Shown piece by piece: positions 28,180 through 38,063 of a DNA stretch of 64,000 nt (position 1 is the stretch's first letter; every line of letters starts with the position of its first letter). Origin of the DNA: Gemmatimonadales bacterium (lineage in GTDB: Bacteria > Gemmatimonadota > Gemmatimonadetes > Gemmatimonadales > GWC2-71-9); the NCBI GenBank assembly GCA_041613315.1, contig JBFJHJ010000007.1, forward strand, positions 25,759-89,758, given 5' to 3'. A model generated the notes under the pieces. That model had not been told where the DNA came from and ran no database searches. It was given only the letters and a program-made list of their open reading frames with translations. A program made the position numbers and the translations under genes.

Positions 28180-30093
28180 TCAGTCGTCCGCGCCGGCGAC
28201 CGGTTGACCGGCCGACGACGCGACGGGCGGCGGGTCGGGCAGGGGGCCGTCGAGGGTGCGTTTCCGCCACACCGGCACCAGCGCCACCGCCGCCACGATG
28301 GCGAGCCAGGACCACCCCGCCGCGACCGTGCGTGAGACGAGCAGGGTCGCCACGCCGAACAGCAGGAGGTAGAGGGACAGAGCCGTCAGCCCGGTGCTGG
28401 CGAGGCCGCGCCCCAGGGCCCGCATCGGCTGGGCCGCGTCGTCGCCCTCCGCCTCGGCGGTCCGTCGCCAGAACCCGGGCGGGCGGACCCGGCGGTAGAA
28501 CGCGCGGAGGCGCGGCTCGTCGGTTCGGGGAGTCACGAAGGTGATCGCCACCGCCCCCAAGGTGGACACCAACGCCATGACGCTCAACCACACCCACTCC
28601 TGGTCGGTCGTCACCAGGAGGATCGGCGCCACCAGCAGCGAGAGCGCCATGGCGGCGAGCTCCGAGTAGAGGTTGATCCGCTCCCACACCCAGCGCAGCA
28701 CCAGCACCGATCCCATACCCGCCCCGAACAAGAGCGAGACGAACCACGCGGTCTGAATGGACCCGAGATTCGCCATGACGACCAGCGCGATCCCGATGAT
28801 GAAGACGTTGGAGAGCCGGGCTACGAGCACCAGTTCCCGGTTGCCCGGCTCGCGGCGCAACCACCGCTGCGACACGAGCCGCTGGTAGATGTCGTTGCTC
28901 CAGTAGCTCGCGCCCCAATTGAGGTGGGTATCGATCGTCGAGGCGAGGGCCGCGAGGAGCGCCGTGAGCATGAGCCCACGGATGCCCACGGGCAGCAGCT
29001 CGTCGATCCCCGTCACGAACAGGATCTCTCGCGACGCGGCGAAGTCGGCGCTCGCCGCCGCGGCGTCGGTAAACGGGTAGAGGATCAGGAGGCCTACGGC
29101 GATGAGGAGCCACGGAAGGCTCCGCAAGAAGATTTGGAGCCACGCGAACAGCACGCCGGCCGTGCGGGCGTCGCGGTCGGTAGCGCAGCCCATGCTTCGC
29201 TGGGCGAGGTAGCCGGTGCCGTCGCTATTCATTTGAAAGAACCATTGAAGGCCCACGATCACGAGGAACGGGAGCAACACGTCGCCCGCGCCGGGCGCGA
29301 ACGAGAGAAGCCGGTCGGCCGTGGCCGCTCCATACAGCTCGCCCACGCGGTCCGTGAGTCCGCCGAGCCCCCCCGCCGCCCGCACGACGAACCACGCGTA
29401 CGCGATCGTCCCGAGCATCGCCAGCGCGAACTGCGCGATATCCGTGGCCACCACCGCGCGGAGGCCGCCCGTGGTGGAGTACAGGGCGGTGAAGCCAAGG
29501 ATCGCCCCGATGCTGAGGAGGTTGTTGGTCGTGGCGACGAGCGGGTCGAGCGGCGTCGCGCCCGAGTGCAGGGTTACTCCGACCGCCCGGACGACGCCCA
29601 TTACGGCGCCGTACAGGTCGCCCGGCAGCCACGCGTGCCACGGCAGGAACACTTCCGCGATCCGCACGGCGGCGACCAAGACCATGGCCAAGACCACGCA
29701 GTTGATGACGGTGCCGTAGTAGACCGCCTTGAGGACCCGGAGCGGCAGCACGGCGCCGCCGGCGTAGCGGATCTCGGTCAGCTCGGCGTCGGTGAGGACG
29801 CCGGCGCGGCGCCACAGGGCCGAGAACACGTACGCCATCAGCAAGAACGCGATACCGTAGATGAGCAGCCGCCACACGCCGAACAGCCCGGCGGTGGCGA
29901 CGAGGCCCGTGACGAGAAGCGGTGTGTCGGCGGCGAACTGTGTCGCCGCCATGCTCGTGCCCGCCTGCCATCCCTTCAACGTGCGGCCGGCCAGGAAGTA
30001 CTCCGTGAGCCCACGGGAGGCCTGGCGCCGGGCCAGGAACCCGGAGCTGATGGCGTAGGCCACGAAGGCGAAGACGATCAGCGCGTCGAGCAT
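28180..30093 (-). CDS. Sodium:solute symporter family protein
   Basis: GAAGGAG RBS; EYFLAGR, SMAATQFAADTP, GGLRAVVATD, YLAQR, STIDTHLNWG. Confidence 0.92.
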   Translation of the reverse strand: MLDALIVFAFVAYAISSGFLARRQASRGLTEYFLAGRTLKGWQAGTSMAATQFAADTPLLVTGLVATAGLFGVWRLLIYGIAFLLMAYVFSALWRRAGVLTDAELTEIRYAGGAVLPLRVLKAVYYGTVINCVVLAMVLVAAVRIAEVFLPWHAWLPGDLYGAVMGVVRAVGVTLHSGATPLDPLVATTNNLLSIGAILGFTALYSTTGGLRAVVATDIAQFALAMLGTIAYAWFVVRAAGGLGGLTDRVGELYGAATADRLLSFAPGAGDVLLPFLVIVGLQWFFQMNSDGTGYLAQRSMGCATDRDARTAGVLFAWLQIFLRSLPWLLIAVGLLILYPFTDAAAASADFAASREILFVTGIDELLPVGIRGLMLTALLAALASTIDTHLNWGASYWSNDIYQRLVSQRWLRREPGNRELVLVARLSNVFIIGIALVVMANLGSIQTAWFVSLLFGAGMGSVLVLRWVWERINLYSELAAMALSLLVAPILLVTTDQEWVWLSVMALVSTLGAVAITFVTPRTDEPRLRAFYRRVRPPGFWRRTAEAEGDDAAQPMRALGRGLASTGLTALSLYLLLFGVATLLVSRTVAAGWSWLAIVAAVALVPVWRKRTLDGPLPDPPPVASSAGQPVAGADD

Positions 30094-30119
30094 CTCCTTC
30101 TCGATCGACTCGGCGTCCG

Positions 30120-30761
30120 TCAGAAGCGGAGCGTCACCCCGAGTTCGAGTGTGGGTCGCGTCGGCGGCCCGAACGACAGCCCGAGGTTCGCGAGCGGCAC
30201 CACGTGCCAACGGTCGCGCGGGCCGGTGCTCAGCCGCAGTCCGATGACCAGCCCGGCGGCGGCCCCGGTGGCGAGCCCGACCGACCGAAACGTGCCTTCG
30301 CACGTGCCGGCGCTACACGCCACCGTCTCGGCAAGGGCGCCAAGCAGCGCGCCCGACGCGCTGCCCACCAGCAATCCGATGAGACCGCCTCGAATGCGCC
30401 CGGACGGGAGCGGGCCGCTGCTCACTTCGAACCGGGTGAGCGCGCGCAGTGGAACCGTGAGCGTCGCCGGCTCGTCCGTGACGAGCACGAGGTCATCCGC
30501 GGTCAGCGTTTGGAGCGTCCCCACGTCCCGCCCGCAGATCCTCCGCGCGCCCATGCGACCGCGGTGCAGCGTGCAGTCGTGCGTCACGCGCACCCGCGCG
30601 CCCGGTGTGACGAGCAACCGTTCCTGACCAAGAAGAGAGGTGGCCCCCGGCATGAGCAGCAGCGCGACGAGTACGGCGGGACCCGCCGGATTCTTCAGCG
30701 GCGGAGGCCGTTGCCGGCGCACCTGGAGCGCCCGTCGATCGGTGCCGGGTTCGCGGGCCAC
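30120..30761 (-). CDS. Hypothetical exported/membrane protein (start uncertain)
   Basis: Signal-like segment, PGARVRV, Gly-rich hydrophobic hairpin with a Cys pair, terminal F. Confidence 0.6.
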   Translation of the reverse strand: MAREPGTDRRALQVRRQRPPPLKNPAGPAVLVALLLMPGATSLLGQERLLVTPGARVRVTHDCTLHRGRMGARRICGRDVGTLQTLTADDLVLVTDEPATLTVPLRALTRFEVSSGPLPSGRIRGGLIGLLVGSASGALLGALAETVACSAGTCEGTFRSVGLATGAAAGLVIGLRLSTGPRDRWHVVPLANLGLSFGPPTRPTLELGVTLRF

Positions 30762-30765
30762 CGCG

Positions 30766-31668
30766 CTAGCGCTCGGGCGGCGGGTCGGAGCGGTCCAGCC
30801 GAAACACCCGCACGGCGTTGTCGTGAAACACCGCGCGCCAATGCTCGCGTGGAATCGCGCGCTTGTAGGCGTCGACGTACCCTGCCATGTCCACCAGCGG
30901 CCAGTCGGATCCGAAGAGCACCTTCGTGGGATCCTCGATATAGCCGAAGATCCACGCGATGGGCCGCACGACGTACTCGTCCACCCAGGCTCGCGGACGC
31001 TCGGCGGGCGAGCCCACCATGAACGCCGAGGCCTCGAGATAGACGTTGGGGTTCTTGTAGGCGACCTCGGCGGCGGTCTCGATCCACGGGTAGCCGGCGT
31101 GGGCGATCACGATCCGCACGCCGCGATGATCGACGGCGACCTCGTCAATCGCCAGCGGGTGCGCGTACTGGAGGCGCCCGCGGTCGGAGTAGGTGTCGCC
31201 CGTGTGGAAGACGACCGGGACGTCGTAGCGCTCGGCAAGGGCGTACGCCGGCGCGTACGCGGCGTCGGTCGGATACCGCGCGGCGTAGCCAAGGTAGATC
31301 TTGATGCAGCGGTAGCGGCGGGTGCGGAGCCCGTCGTCGAGACGGGCCACGTCGACGCGGCTCCCGACGCCCGCACAGTGAATCACGCCGCGGTTCGAGA
31401 GATCCACGTACCCGCCGCCCAGGGAATCGGTGTGGGCCACGGCGCCCACCACGCCCGCGGCGGCCATCGCGTCCAGCAGTTGATCCCGGGTTTGTGCGAT
31501 GCCGCTCGCCGGCTCGGGCTGGCCGGTGAATTGTGTGTGAATGTGCGCATCGATGATCTCGAGGGCCGACTCCGGCGGCGCGCCGCACGCCATGAGGATG
31601 GCGAGGCCCGCGACGCCCACGCGGGGCGCGCGTCGTGAGCGGGGTCTCTTCGGGGGTGAGGAGCGCAT
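30766..31668 (-). CDS. Amidohydrolase_2-family metallohydrolase, probable lipoprotein
   Basis: LMAC; IDAHIH, FHTG, IAHAG, LFGSDWP, NAVRVF. Confidence 0.88.
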   Translation of the reverse strand: MRSSPPKRPRSRRAPRVGVAGLAILMACGAPPESALEIIDAHIHTQFTGQPEPASGIAQTRDQLLDAMAAAGVVGAVAHTDSLGGGYVDLSNRGVIHCAGVGSRVDVARLDDGLRTRRYRCIKIYLGYAARYPTDAAYAPAYALAERYDVPVVFHTGDTYSDRGRLQYAHPLAIDEVAVDHRGVRIVIAHAGYPWIETAAEVAYKNPNVYLEASAFMVGSPAERPRAWVDEYVVRPIAWIFGYIEDPTKVLFGSDWPLVDMAGYVDAYKRAIPREHWRAVFHDNAVRVFRLDRSDPPPER

Positions 31669-31773
31669 GCACGCCGCCGTCGAAGTCGGTGCTAGGATAG
31701 CGCCCGTCGGCTTGGGAGACCAGTTCCGGCCCTCACCGTGCGTGGCGGGGGGCATTCCTTATCTTACTAGCAT

Positions 31774-34557
31774 ATGAGGCGACATCTTCCCGGCACTCCG
31801 AGGCGAGGGGCGGTGCTCAGCATGAGACGTGGTTCGGCGATGCTCGTGGCGGCGGCGCTGGTGCTGGCGGTCGTGCTGGGCGGTCCGACGCTCGTCCGGC
31901 TCATCACCGACTGGTACTGGTTCGACGCCCTCGGCTACGACGTGGTCTTCCGCACCGCACTCATCACGCGGCTCGGGCTCGGGCTTGGGGCGGGCCTCTT
32001 GGCCGTCGGCTTCTTTTACGGCAACCTCAAGTTCGCCCAGCGCGGCATGGTCCCCGACCCGGTGGTCGTTCGTCTCGGGGACCGCAACTCCGGCGTGGAT
32101 CTCACGCGGACGCTCCGACGGCTGGCGCTGCCGGCGGCGCTAGGATTGGGCGCCCTCGTGGGCTTCGCCGCCTCCGGCGCCTGGCTCGTGGTGCTGGCGT
32201 TTCTCCACCGCACGCCGTTCGGCCTCACCGATCCCGTCTTCGGCCGGGACGTGGCGTACTATGTCTTCACGGTTCCGGCGCTGGTCGTGCTGCATGGGTT
32301 CGTGATCGGTGCGGCCATGATGGCACTGCTGGTGGTGCTGCCCCTGTACATCCTGCGGCGGGACGTCGTGTTGCTGGGTCGTCGGGTCGCGATCGAGCCC
32401 TCAGCGGAGCGGCATCTCGCGGCGCTCATCGCCGTGCTCTTCGTGGCCGTCGGCACCAACGCCTGGTTCGTCCGCCTGCCATCGCTGCTCCACACGGCGA
32501 GCGGGCCCCTCTTTGGCGCCAACTACGCCGACCTCGCGATCAACATTCCGGCGATCCAGTTGGCGGCCGTCACGGCCCTGGCCGGCGCGGCGCTCGTCGT
32601 ATGGGGCGTCCGGACCCACCGGCTCGCGCGAAACGCCGTGGTGGCGAGCCTGCTCTACGTCGCCGTCTCGGGCGTCCTCGGGCCCGTGGCCGCGGCCGCG
32701 ACCCAAAAGCTCGTCGTAGATCCCAACGAGCTGGTGAAGGAGACGCCGCAGCTCGAGCACCACATCGCCGCCACCCGGCGGGCGTGGGGCCTGGAGAAGG
32801 TGCAGGTGCGGGACTTGAGCGGTGATGCGACGCTCAGCCTCGCCGACATCCGGCGCAACGCCGGTACCATCCGCAACGTGCGGCTGTGGGACCGCGAGCC
32901 CTTACTCCAGACTTTCGGGCAACTCCAGGCGATCCGCACGTACTATGACTTCGTGTCGGTGGACGACGACCGCTACTGGATCGACGGCGAGTACCGGCAG
33001 GTGCTCCTGGCCCCGCGGGAGCTGAACACGGCGTCGCTGCCGACGCGCACGTTCATCAACGAGCGCCTCACCTTCACGCACGGCATGGGACTGACGCTGA
33101 GTCCAGTGAACTTGGTGACGCAGGAGGGGTTGCCGGTCCTGTTCATCAAGGACCTGCCGCCAGTCTCCTCCGTGTCCCTCCAGGTGACGCGTCCGGCGCT
33201 CTACTACGGCGAGCTCACCAGCGACTACGTCTTCGTGAACACGCGGCAACGAGAGTTCGATTTTCCCGCGGGCGACGAGAACGCGTTCACGGCGTATGAA
33301 GGCGGAGGCGGTGTCCCCGTCGTCTCGTCGTTCCGGAAGATGCTCTTCAGTATGCGATTCGGCTCCCTCAAGGTACTCCTCTCGGACGACATCGGTGCCG
33401 AGAGCCGCGTGCTGTACTACCGACCCATCCGGGAGCGGGTCCGAAAGGCGTTGCCGTTCCTCCGATGGGACTCGGATCCTTACCTGGTGATCGCCGCCGA
33501 CGGGGCGCTCAAGTGGATCCTCGATGCGTACACGACGACCGACCGCTATCCCTACAGCCAGCCGGCGGCGGACGGCACGAACTACATGCGGAACAGCGTG
33601 AAGGTCGTGCTCGATGCGTACGACGGCAGTTTGGTGGCCTACGCGGTGGACCCCGCGGATCCGATCCTCCAAACGTACGATCGCGTCTTCCCGGGCATCT
33701 TCAAGCCGCTGGACGACATGCCACCGGACCTGCGGGCACACATCCGCTACCCCGACGACCTCTTCCGCATCCAGACCGCGCTCTACACCACGTACCACAT
33801 GAACGAGCCGGATGTGTTCTATCACCGGGAGGACCAGTGGCAGATCCCGGTGCTCTCGCGCCAGGGCAGCGGTCGGGATCCCTTCCTGCGGCACATGGTG
33901 ATGAAGCTGCCGGAGGAGCAGTCCGAGGAGTACATCCTGATGACGCCGTTCACGCCGCGCCAGAAAGAGAACCTGGCGGCGTGGATGGTGGCGCGGAACG
34001 ACGGCGCGCACTTCGGCGAGCTGATCGTGTACCGGTTCCCGCGTCAGAGCCTCGTGTTCGGCCCCAGCCAGATCGTGAACCGGATCAACCAGGATACGGA
34101 GATCTCCCGACAGGTCTCGCTCTGGGATCAGCGGGGGTCGGAGGTGATCCGCGGGAACCTGCTGGTGATCCCGATCGAAGAATCGCTGATCTTCGTCCAG
34201 GCGCTCTACCTGCGGGCCGAGGGCGGGCGGATCCCGGAGCTCAAGCGGGTGATCGTGGCGTATCAGAATCAGGTCGTGATGGAGGAGACGTTGGAGCAGG
34301 GGCTCGAACGGCTGTTCGGCGGCGTCGTGGGGGGCGCGCCCCGCACCGTGCAGGCGGCAGCGGTGGGTGCGCCGGCGCCGGCGCCGACGGTGGCGGCGGC
34401 CGCCCAGGTGGCCGACCTCGTCCGGCAGGCGGCGGAACGGTATGACCAGGCGCTCGCCGCGCAGCGGGCGGGTGACTGGGCAACCTACGGCGAGCGCATG
34501 CGCAATGTCGGGGACCTGTTGCGGCGCCTCAGGGAGCTGGCCGGCGGCGGCAGCTGA
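31774..34557 (+). CDS. UPF0182-family membrane protein
   Basis: TDWYWF..LGY, DPVFG.D..YY.F, NVRLWD, D.DRY, FTHG.G, NYMRNSVK, GNLLVIP, PELKRV. Confidence 0.93.
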   Translation: MRRHLPGTPRRGAVLSMRRGSAMLVAAALVLAVVLGGPTLVRLITDWYWFDALGYDVVFRTALITRLGLGLGAGLLAVGFFYGNLKFAQRGMVPDPVVVRLGDRNSGVDLTRTLRRLALPAALGLGALVGFAASGAWLVVLAFLHRTPFGLTDPVFGRDVAYYVFTVPALVVLHGFVIGAAMMALLVVLPLYILRRDVVLLGRRVAIEPSAERHLAALIAVLFVAVGTNAWFVRLPSLLHTASGPLFGANYADLAINIPAIQLAAVTALAGAALVVWGVRTHRLARNAVVASLLYVAVSGVLGPVAAAATQKLVVDPNELVKETPQLEHHIAATRRAWGLEKVQVRDLSGDATLSLADIRRNAGTIRNVRLWDREPLLQTFGQLQAIRTYYDFVSVDDDRYWIDGEYRQVLLAPRELNTASLPTRTFINERLTFTHGMGLTLSPVNLVTQEGLPVLFIKDLPPVSSVSLQVTRPALYYGELTSDYVFVNTRQREFDFPAGDENAFTAYEGGGGVPVVSSFRKMLFSMRFGSLKVLLSDDIGAESRVLYYRPIRERVRKALPFLRWDSDPYLVIAADGALKWILDAYTTTDRYPYSQPAADGTNYMRNSVKVVLDAYDGSLVAYAVDPADPILQTYDRVFPGIFKPLDDMPPDLRAHIRYPDDLFRIQTALYTTYHMNEPDVFYHREDQWQIPVLSRQGSGRDPFLRHMVMKLPEEQSEEYILMTPFTPRQKENLAAWMVARNDGAHFGELIVYRFPRQSLVFGPSQIVNRINQDTEISRQVSLWDQRGSEVIRGNLLVIPIEESLIFVQALYLRAEGGRIPELKRVIVAYQNQVVMEETLEQGLERLFGGVVGGAPRTVQAAAVGAPAPAPTVAAAAQVADLVRQAAERYDQALAAQRAGDWATYGERMRNVGDLLRRLRELAGGGS

Positions 34558-34637
34558 CCCATCGAGGCAGGACACCGGTGATGGTGCCGCACGGCGCGCC
34601 CGGGTAGCTTTGCACCACCGTCCTTCCGGACAGCCCG

Positions 34638-36095
34638 ATGGCCGAGGAGCACTCCATGCGCGTGTCGTACTGTGCCACCGTCGTCGCGCTCGCGACGCTG
34701 ACGGTTTTCGCGATCCCCGCATCCGCCCAGGCCCCCAAGGAGCAGGTGACGCGCTCGGTGAACGCGCGCGCGGACACCTACCGCGAGGTCGCCGGAGCGA
34801 TCTGGGGCTTCGCCGAGGTCGGGTACCAGGAGCAGCGGAGCTCGGACCTGCTCCAGCGCCAGCTCCGCGATGCGGGCTTCACCGTTACGGCCGGCGTGGC
34901 CGAGATCCCCACGGCCTTCGTCGCCTCGTATGGCAGCGGCACGCCCGTGATCGCGATCCTCGCCGAGTTCGACGCCCTGCCGGGACTCTCACAAGCCGCG
35001 GAGCCAGTGCGCCGGCCGGTGGTGCTGGGCGGGTCGGGGCACGCCTGCGGCCATCACCTCTTCGGGACCGGGTCTACCGCCGCGGCAATCGCGGTGAAAG
35101 ACTGGCTCGCCGCCGCGCGCCGACCCGGCACGATCCGGCTCATCGGGACGCCGGCCGAAGAGGGCGGCTCCGGCAAGGTCTACATGGTGCGCGCCGGCCT
35201 GTTCGACGACGTGGACGTTGTGCTCCACTGGCACGCCGGCGATCGGAACGACGCGAGCCCGCGCTCCACGCTCGCGGTCAAGTCGGCCAAGTTCCGCTTC
35301 CACGGGGTGTCGGCGCACGCCGCCAGCGCACCCGACCGCGGCCGCTCCGCGCTCGACGCGGTCGAGGCGATGAACCACATGGTGAACCTCCTGCGGGAGC
35401 ACGTCCCGCAGGAGTCACGGATCCACTACGTGATCACGAAGGGCGGCCTCGCGCCCAACGTGATCCCCGAGGAGGCGGAGGTCTACTACTATGCCCGCCA
35501 CCCCGAGGCGGGCACGCTCGCCGGGATCTGGGAGCGCATCGAGCAGGCCGCCAGAGGCGCGGCGCTTGGCACGGGCACCACCGTTGACTGGGAGATCATC
35601 GGCGGCGCCCACAGCGTCCTCCCCAATGTCGCGTTGGCTCGGGTGATGGACGCGAACCTCCGCCGCGCGGGCGGCGTCGTGTATGCGGCCGACGACCGGG
35701 CGTTCGCCGAGAAACTCCGTGAGACGTTGGGCGCACCGGATCTCCCCCTCGCGTCCGCCGCGCAGGTGCAGCCCTTCAAGGAAGGGATCACGATGGCGTC
35801 GTCCGACGTCGGGGACGTGAGCTGGGTCATCCCTACGGTGGGGCTGCGCACCGCCACGTGGGTGCCCGGCACCGCCGCGCACACCTGGCAGGCGGTGGCG
35901 GCTGGGGGTACGGACATCGGCATGAAGGGAATGCTGCTCGCCGCGCGCACGTTGGCGATGACGGCGGTCGATCTGTTCACCGATCCCAAGCTGATCGAGG
36001 CCGCCCGGCGCGAATGGACCGAGCGCCGTGGTCCTGATTTCCGCTACGCGGCGCTCCTCGGCGATCGGTCGCCACCGCTCGACTACCGCAACTAG
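34638..36095 (+). CDS. M20 amidohydrolase (AbgB-like), exported
   Basis: AEFDALPG, HACGHH, PAEEGG, WH, SSDVGDVSW, AHTWQ. Confidence 0.9.
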   Translation: MAEEHSMRVSYCATVVALATLTVFAIPASAQAPKEQVTRSVNARADTYREVAGAIWGFAEVGYQEQRSSDLLQRQLRDAGFTVTAGVAEIPTAFVASYGSGTPVIAILAEFDALPGLSQAAEPVRRPVVLGGSGHACGHHLFGTGSTAAAIAVKDWLAAARRPGTIRLIGTPAEEGGSGKVYMVRAGLFDDVDVVLHWHAGDRNDASPRSTLAVKSAKFRFHGVSAHAASAPDRGRSALDAVEAMNHMVNLLREHVPQESRIHYVITKGGLAPNVIPEEAEVYYYARHPEAGTLAGIWERIEQAARGAALGTGTTVDWEIIGGAHSVLPNVALARVMDANLRRAGGVVYAADDRAFAEKLRETLGAPDLPLASAAQVQPFKEGITMASSDVGDVSWVIPTVGLRTATWVPGTAAHTWQAVAAGGTDIGMKGMLLAARTLAMTAVDLFTDPKLIEAARREWTERRGPDFRYAALLGDRSPPLDYRN

Positions 36096-36249
36096 CCGCA
36101 CACTGCGCAATCGGGTGCGGAGCGCGTCGGGAATTGCGTGACATCCGGCATGGCGTTGCGCGCCGTCCGACGCCATGTTGTCGCGCGCGACCTGTTTGAG
36201 CCGGAATACGTGCGTGCCGGGTTTCGGCACGGGACCGACGTGGGGACGG

Positions 36250-36771
36250 ATGGCCAACCGGATCCTGCTGGCTGACGACGATCAGCGCGTTCGTGAACTC
36301 CTGAGCAAGCGACTCAGCTCTGCCGGCTACGACGTGGTGGAGGCGGGGAACGGCGAGGAGGCGTCCCGGCTGTATCGCGAGGCGCCGACGGATGTCGTAA
36401 TCACCGACATCGTGATGCCTGGCAAAGGTGGGCGCGAGTTGATCAACGACCTGTTGCACTCGTTTCCCGAGGTCCGGATCGTGGCCATATCGGGCGCGCT
36501 GGACCGGGACATTACCGGTCTCTTGGGTGAGGCCTCTCGGCTCGGTGCGCTGCGCACGCTGGCCAAGCCGTTCACGTCGGAGCAGCTCCTCGATGCCGTG
36601 AAGGCCGTCCTCGAAGGGGACATCGCCGCGTTGCGTGAGAGCGACGCGGCGGCCGCCGATGCCCCGGCCGAAGGCGGCGGCATCTTGCCGTTCCTGCGTT
36701 GGGCGGCGATCCTCGCGGCGGTCGCGGCGCTCGTCGCGATGGCCCTCGTCTTTGGCTGGATCTCCTTTTAG
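36250..36771 (+). CDS. Stand-alone response regulator receiver with C-terminal TM helix
   Basis: ILLADDD, TDIVMP, ISG, KPF; hydrophobic tail WAAILAAVAALVAMALVFGWISF. Confidence 0.85.
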   Translation: MANRILLADDDQRVRELLSKRLSSAGYDVVEAGNGEEASRLYREAPTDVVITDIVMPGKGGRELINDLLHSFPEVRIVAISGALDRDITGLLGEASRLGALRTLAKPFTSEQLLDAVKAVLEGDIAALRESDAAAADAPAEGGGILPFLRWAAILAAVAALVAMALVFGWISF

Positions 36772-36861
36772 CACCTCGTAGCACCTTCGGGGCGTCGCCG
36801 TCCGGTCCCCCCACCGCCACGCCGGTTCCCCCGCGCCACCCGCGGCGCGGTGGGCCCCCCC

Positions 36862-36893
36862 TTGACCTTGTACCATGGTAGAGGCCTTACCAT
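36862..36893 (+). promoter_or_regulatory. MerR-type promoter/operator of the mer operon
   Basis: -35 TTGACC (36862-67), 20-bp spacer, -10 TACCAT (36888-93); dyad GTAC-CATG-GTAG centred in the spacer. Confidence 0.85.
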
Positions 36894-36929
36894 GTACCTG
36901 GTTGCAGGCCCGGGGGAGGATGACACGCC

Positions 36930-37343
36930 ATGGGACTCAGCATCGGTCAGGTCGCCCGCGAGGCAGCCGTGAACATCCAGACCATTCGCTACTACGAACG
37001 GCGCGGCCTGATGCCGGCTCCGCGGCGGACGCCGTCGGGCTACCGGCAGTACATGCCGGACGCGGTGGCGCGGCTCCGGTTCATCAAGCGCGCCCAGGAC
37101 CTCGGGTTCTCGCTCGAGGAGATCCGCGATCTGCTCGCGCTCCGGGTGCGCCACGGCTCGGCCTGCGAAGCGGTCGAGGCGAAGGCGCGCGCGAAGGCGG
37201 CGCTGGTCAAGCAGAAGATCCAGGAGCTGCGGCGGATGCAGGCCGCGTTGCGGCGGTTGGTGGCCGCCTGCGAGGCGCGGGAGCCGACGGGAGAGTGCCC
37301 GATCCTGGAGCTGCTGGAGGAGGGAGCCACGGTTGATGCATAA
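36930..37343 (+). CDS. merR: Mercury-responsive regulator MerR
   Basis: IRYYERRGL HTH, LGFSLEEI; three Cys (SAC, AAC, ECPIL) matching the Hg-binding triad. Confidence 0.85.
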   Translation: MGLSIGQVAREAAVNIQTIRYYERRGLMPAPRRTPSGYRQYMPDAVARLRFIKRAQDLGFSLEEIRDLLALRVRHGSACEAVEAKARAKAALVKQKIQELRRMQAALRRLVAACEAREPTGECPILELLEEGATVDA

Positions 37344-37674
37344 GACGGTGCTCGCCGCCGCGGCTGGAGTGGGGACGGCGTTCGTCTCGGCGCTATGCTG
37401 CGCGGGACCCTTGATCGCCGTGACGCTCGGCGTCTCCGGCGCCGGCCTCGCCAGCACCTTCGAGCCCCTCCGGCCGTACTTTCTGGGCGGGACGGTGCTG
37501 CTCCTGGGCTCAGGGCACTATCTGCTGCATCGTGAAGAGCGCAACGCCTGTGAGCCGGGCAAGGCGTGCGCGGATGCGCGGGTTCGGCGCCGCATGCGGA
37601 TGATGCTGTGGGCGGCCACGGCGGCGGCCGTCGTGTTCGCCACGTACCCGACCTGGTCGGCGTGGGTGCTCTAG
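37336..37674 (+). CDS. merT: Mercuric transporter MerT
   Basis: ALCCAGP in TM1, EPLRPYF, cytoplasmic ACEPGKAC. Confidence 0.88.
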   Translation: MHKTVLAAAAGVGTAFVSALCCAGPLIAVTLGVSGAGLASTFEPLRPYFLGGTVLLLGSGHYLLHREERNACEPGKACADARVRRRMRMMLWAATAAAVVFATYPTWSAWVL

Positions 37675-37685
37675 GGAGGTTTCAC

Positions 37686-38063
37686 ATGGTCACCATCAGT
37701 CAGTTGGGCACGGCGGTGTTCATCGGCGCGGTTGCGCTCTGTCCGGACTGCGAATTCGGTGCGCCGGCGACCGCGGGCGCGGTAACCGTGGTGGCCGCGG
37801 CGTCTCCGGGCGTGACGGTGGACACCGCGATTGTCCGGCTCACGATCTCTGGCATGACCTGCGGGAGCTGCGCCACCACGGCGCGGATCGCTCTGCAGCG
37901 GGTGCCGGGCGTCTACCAGGCTCGGGTATCATACGACTCATCGAGCGCGGTCGTGTCGTACGATCCGGCCGCGACGTCGCCGGCGAGGCTGATCGCGCAG
38001 CTGGCGGAGATGACGGGTTACCAGGCCCGGGTGGTGGAGACGCCGGAGCGCGAGGACGGATGA
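37686..38063 (+). CDS. merP: Exported HMA protein, MerP-like
   Basis: GGAGG RBS; GMTCGSC; N-terminal hydrophobic segment ending in CPDC. Confidence 0.75.
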   Translation: MVTISQLGTAVFIGAVALCPDCEFGAPATAGAVTVVAAASPGVTVDTAIVRLTISGMTCGSCATTARIALQRVPGVYQARVSYDSSSAVVSYDPAATSPARLIAQLAEMTGYQARVVETPEREDG

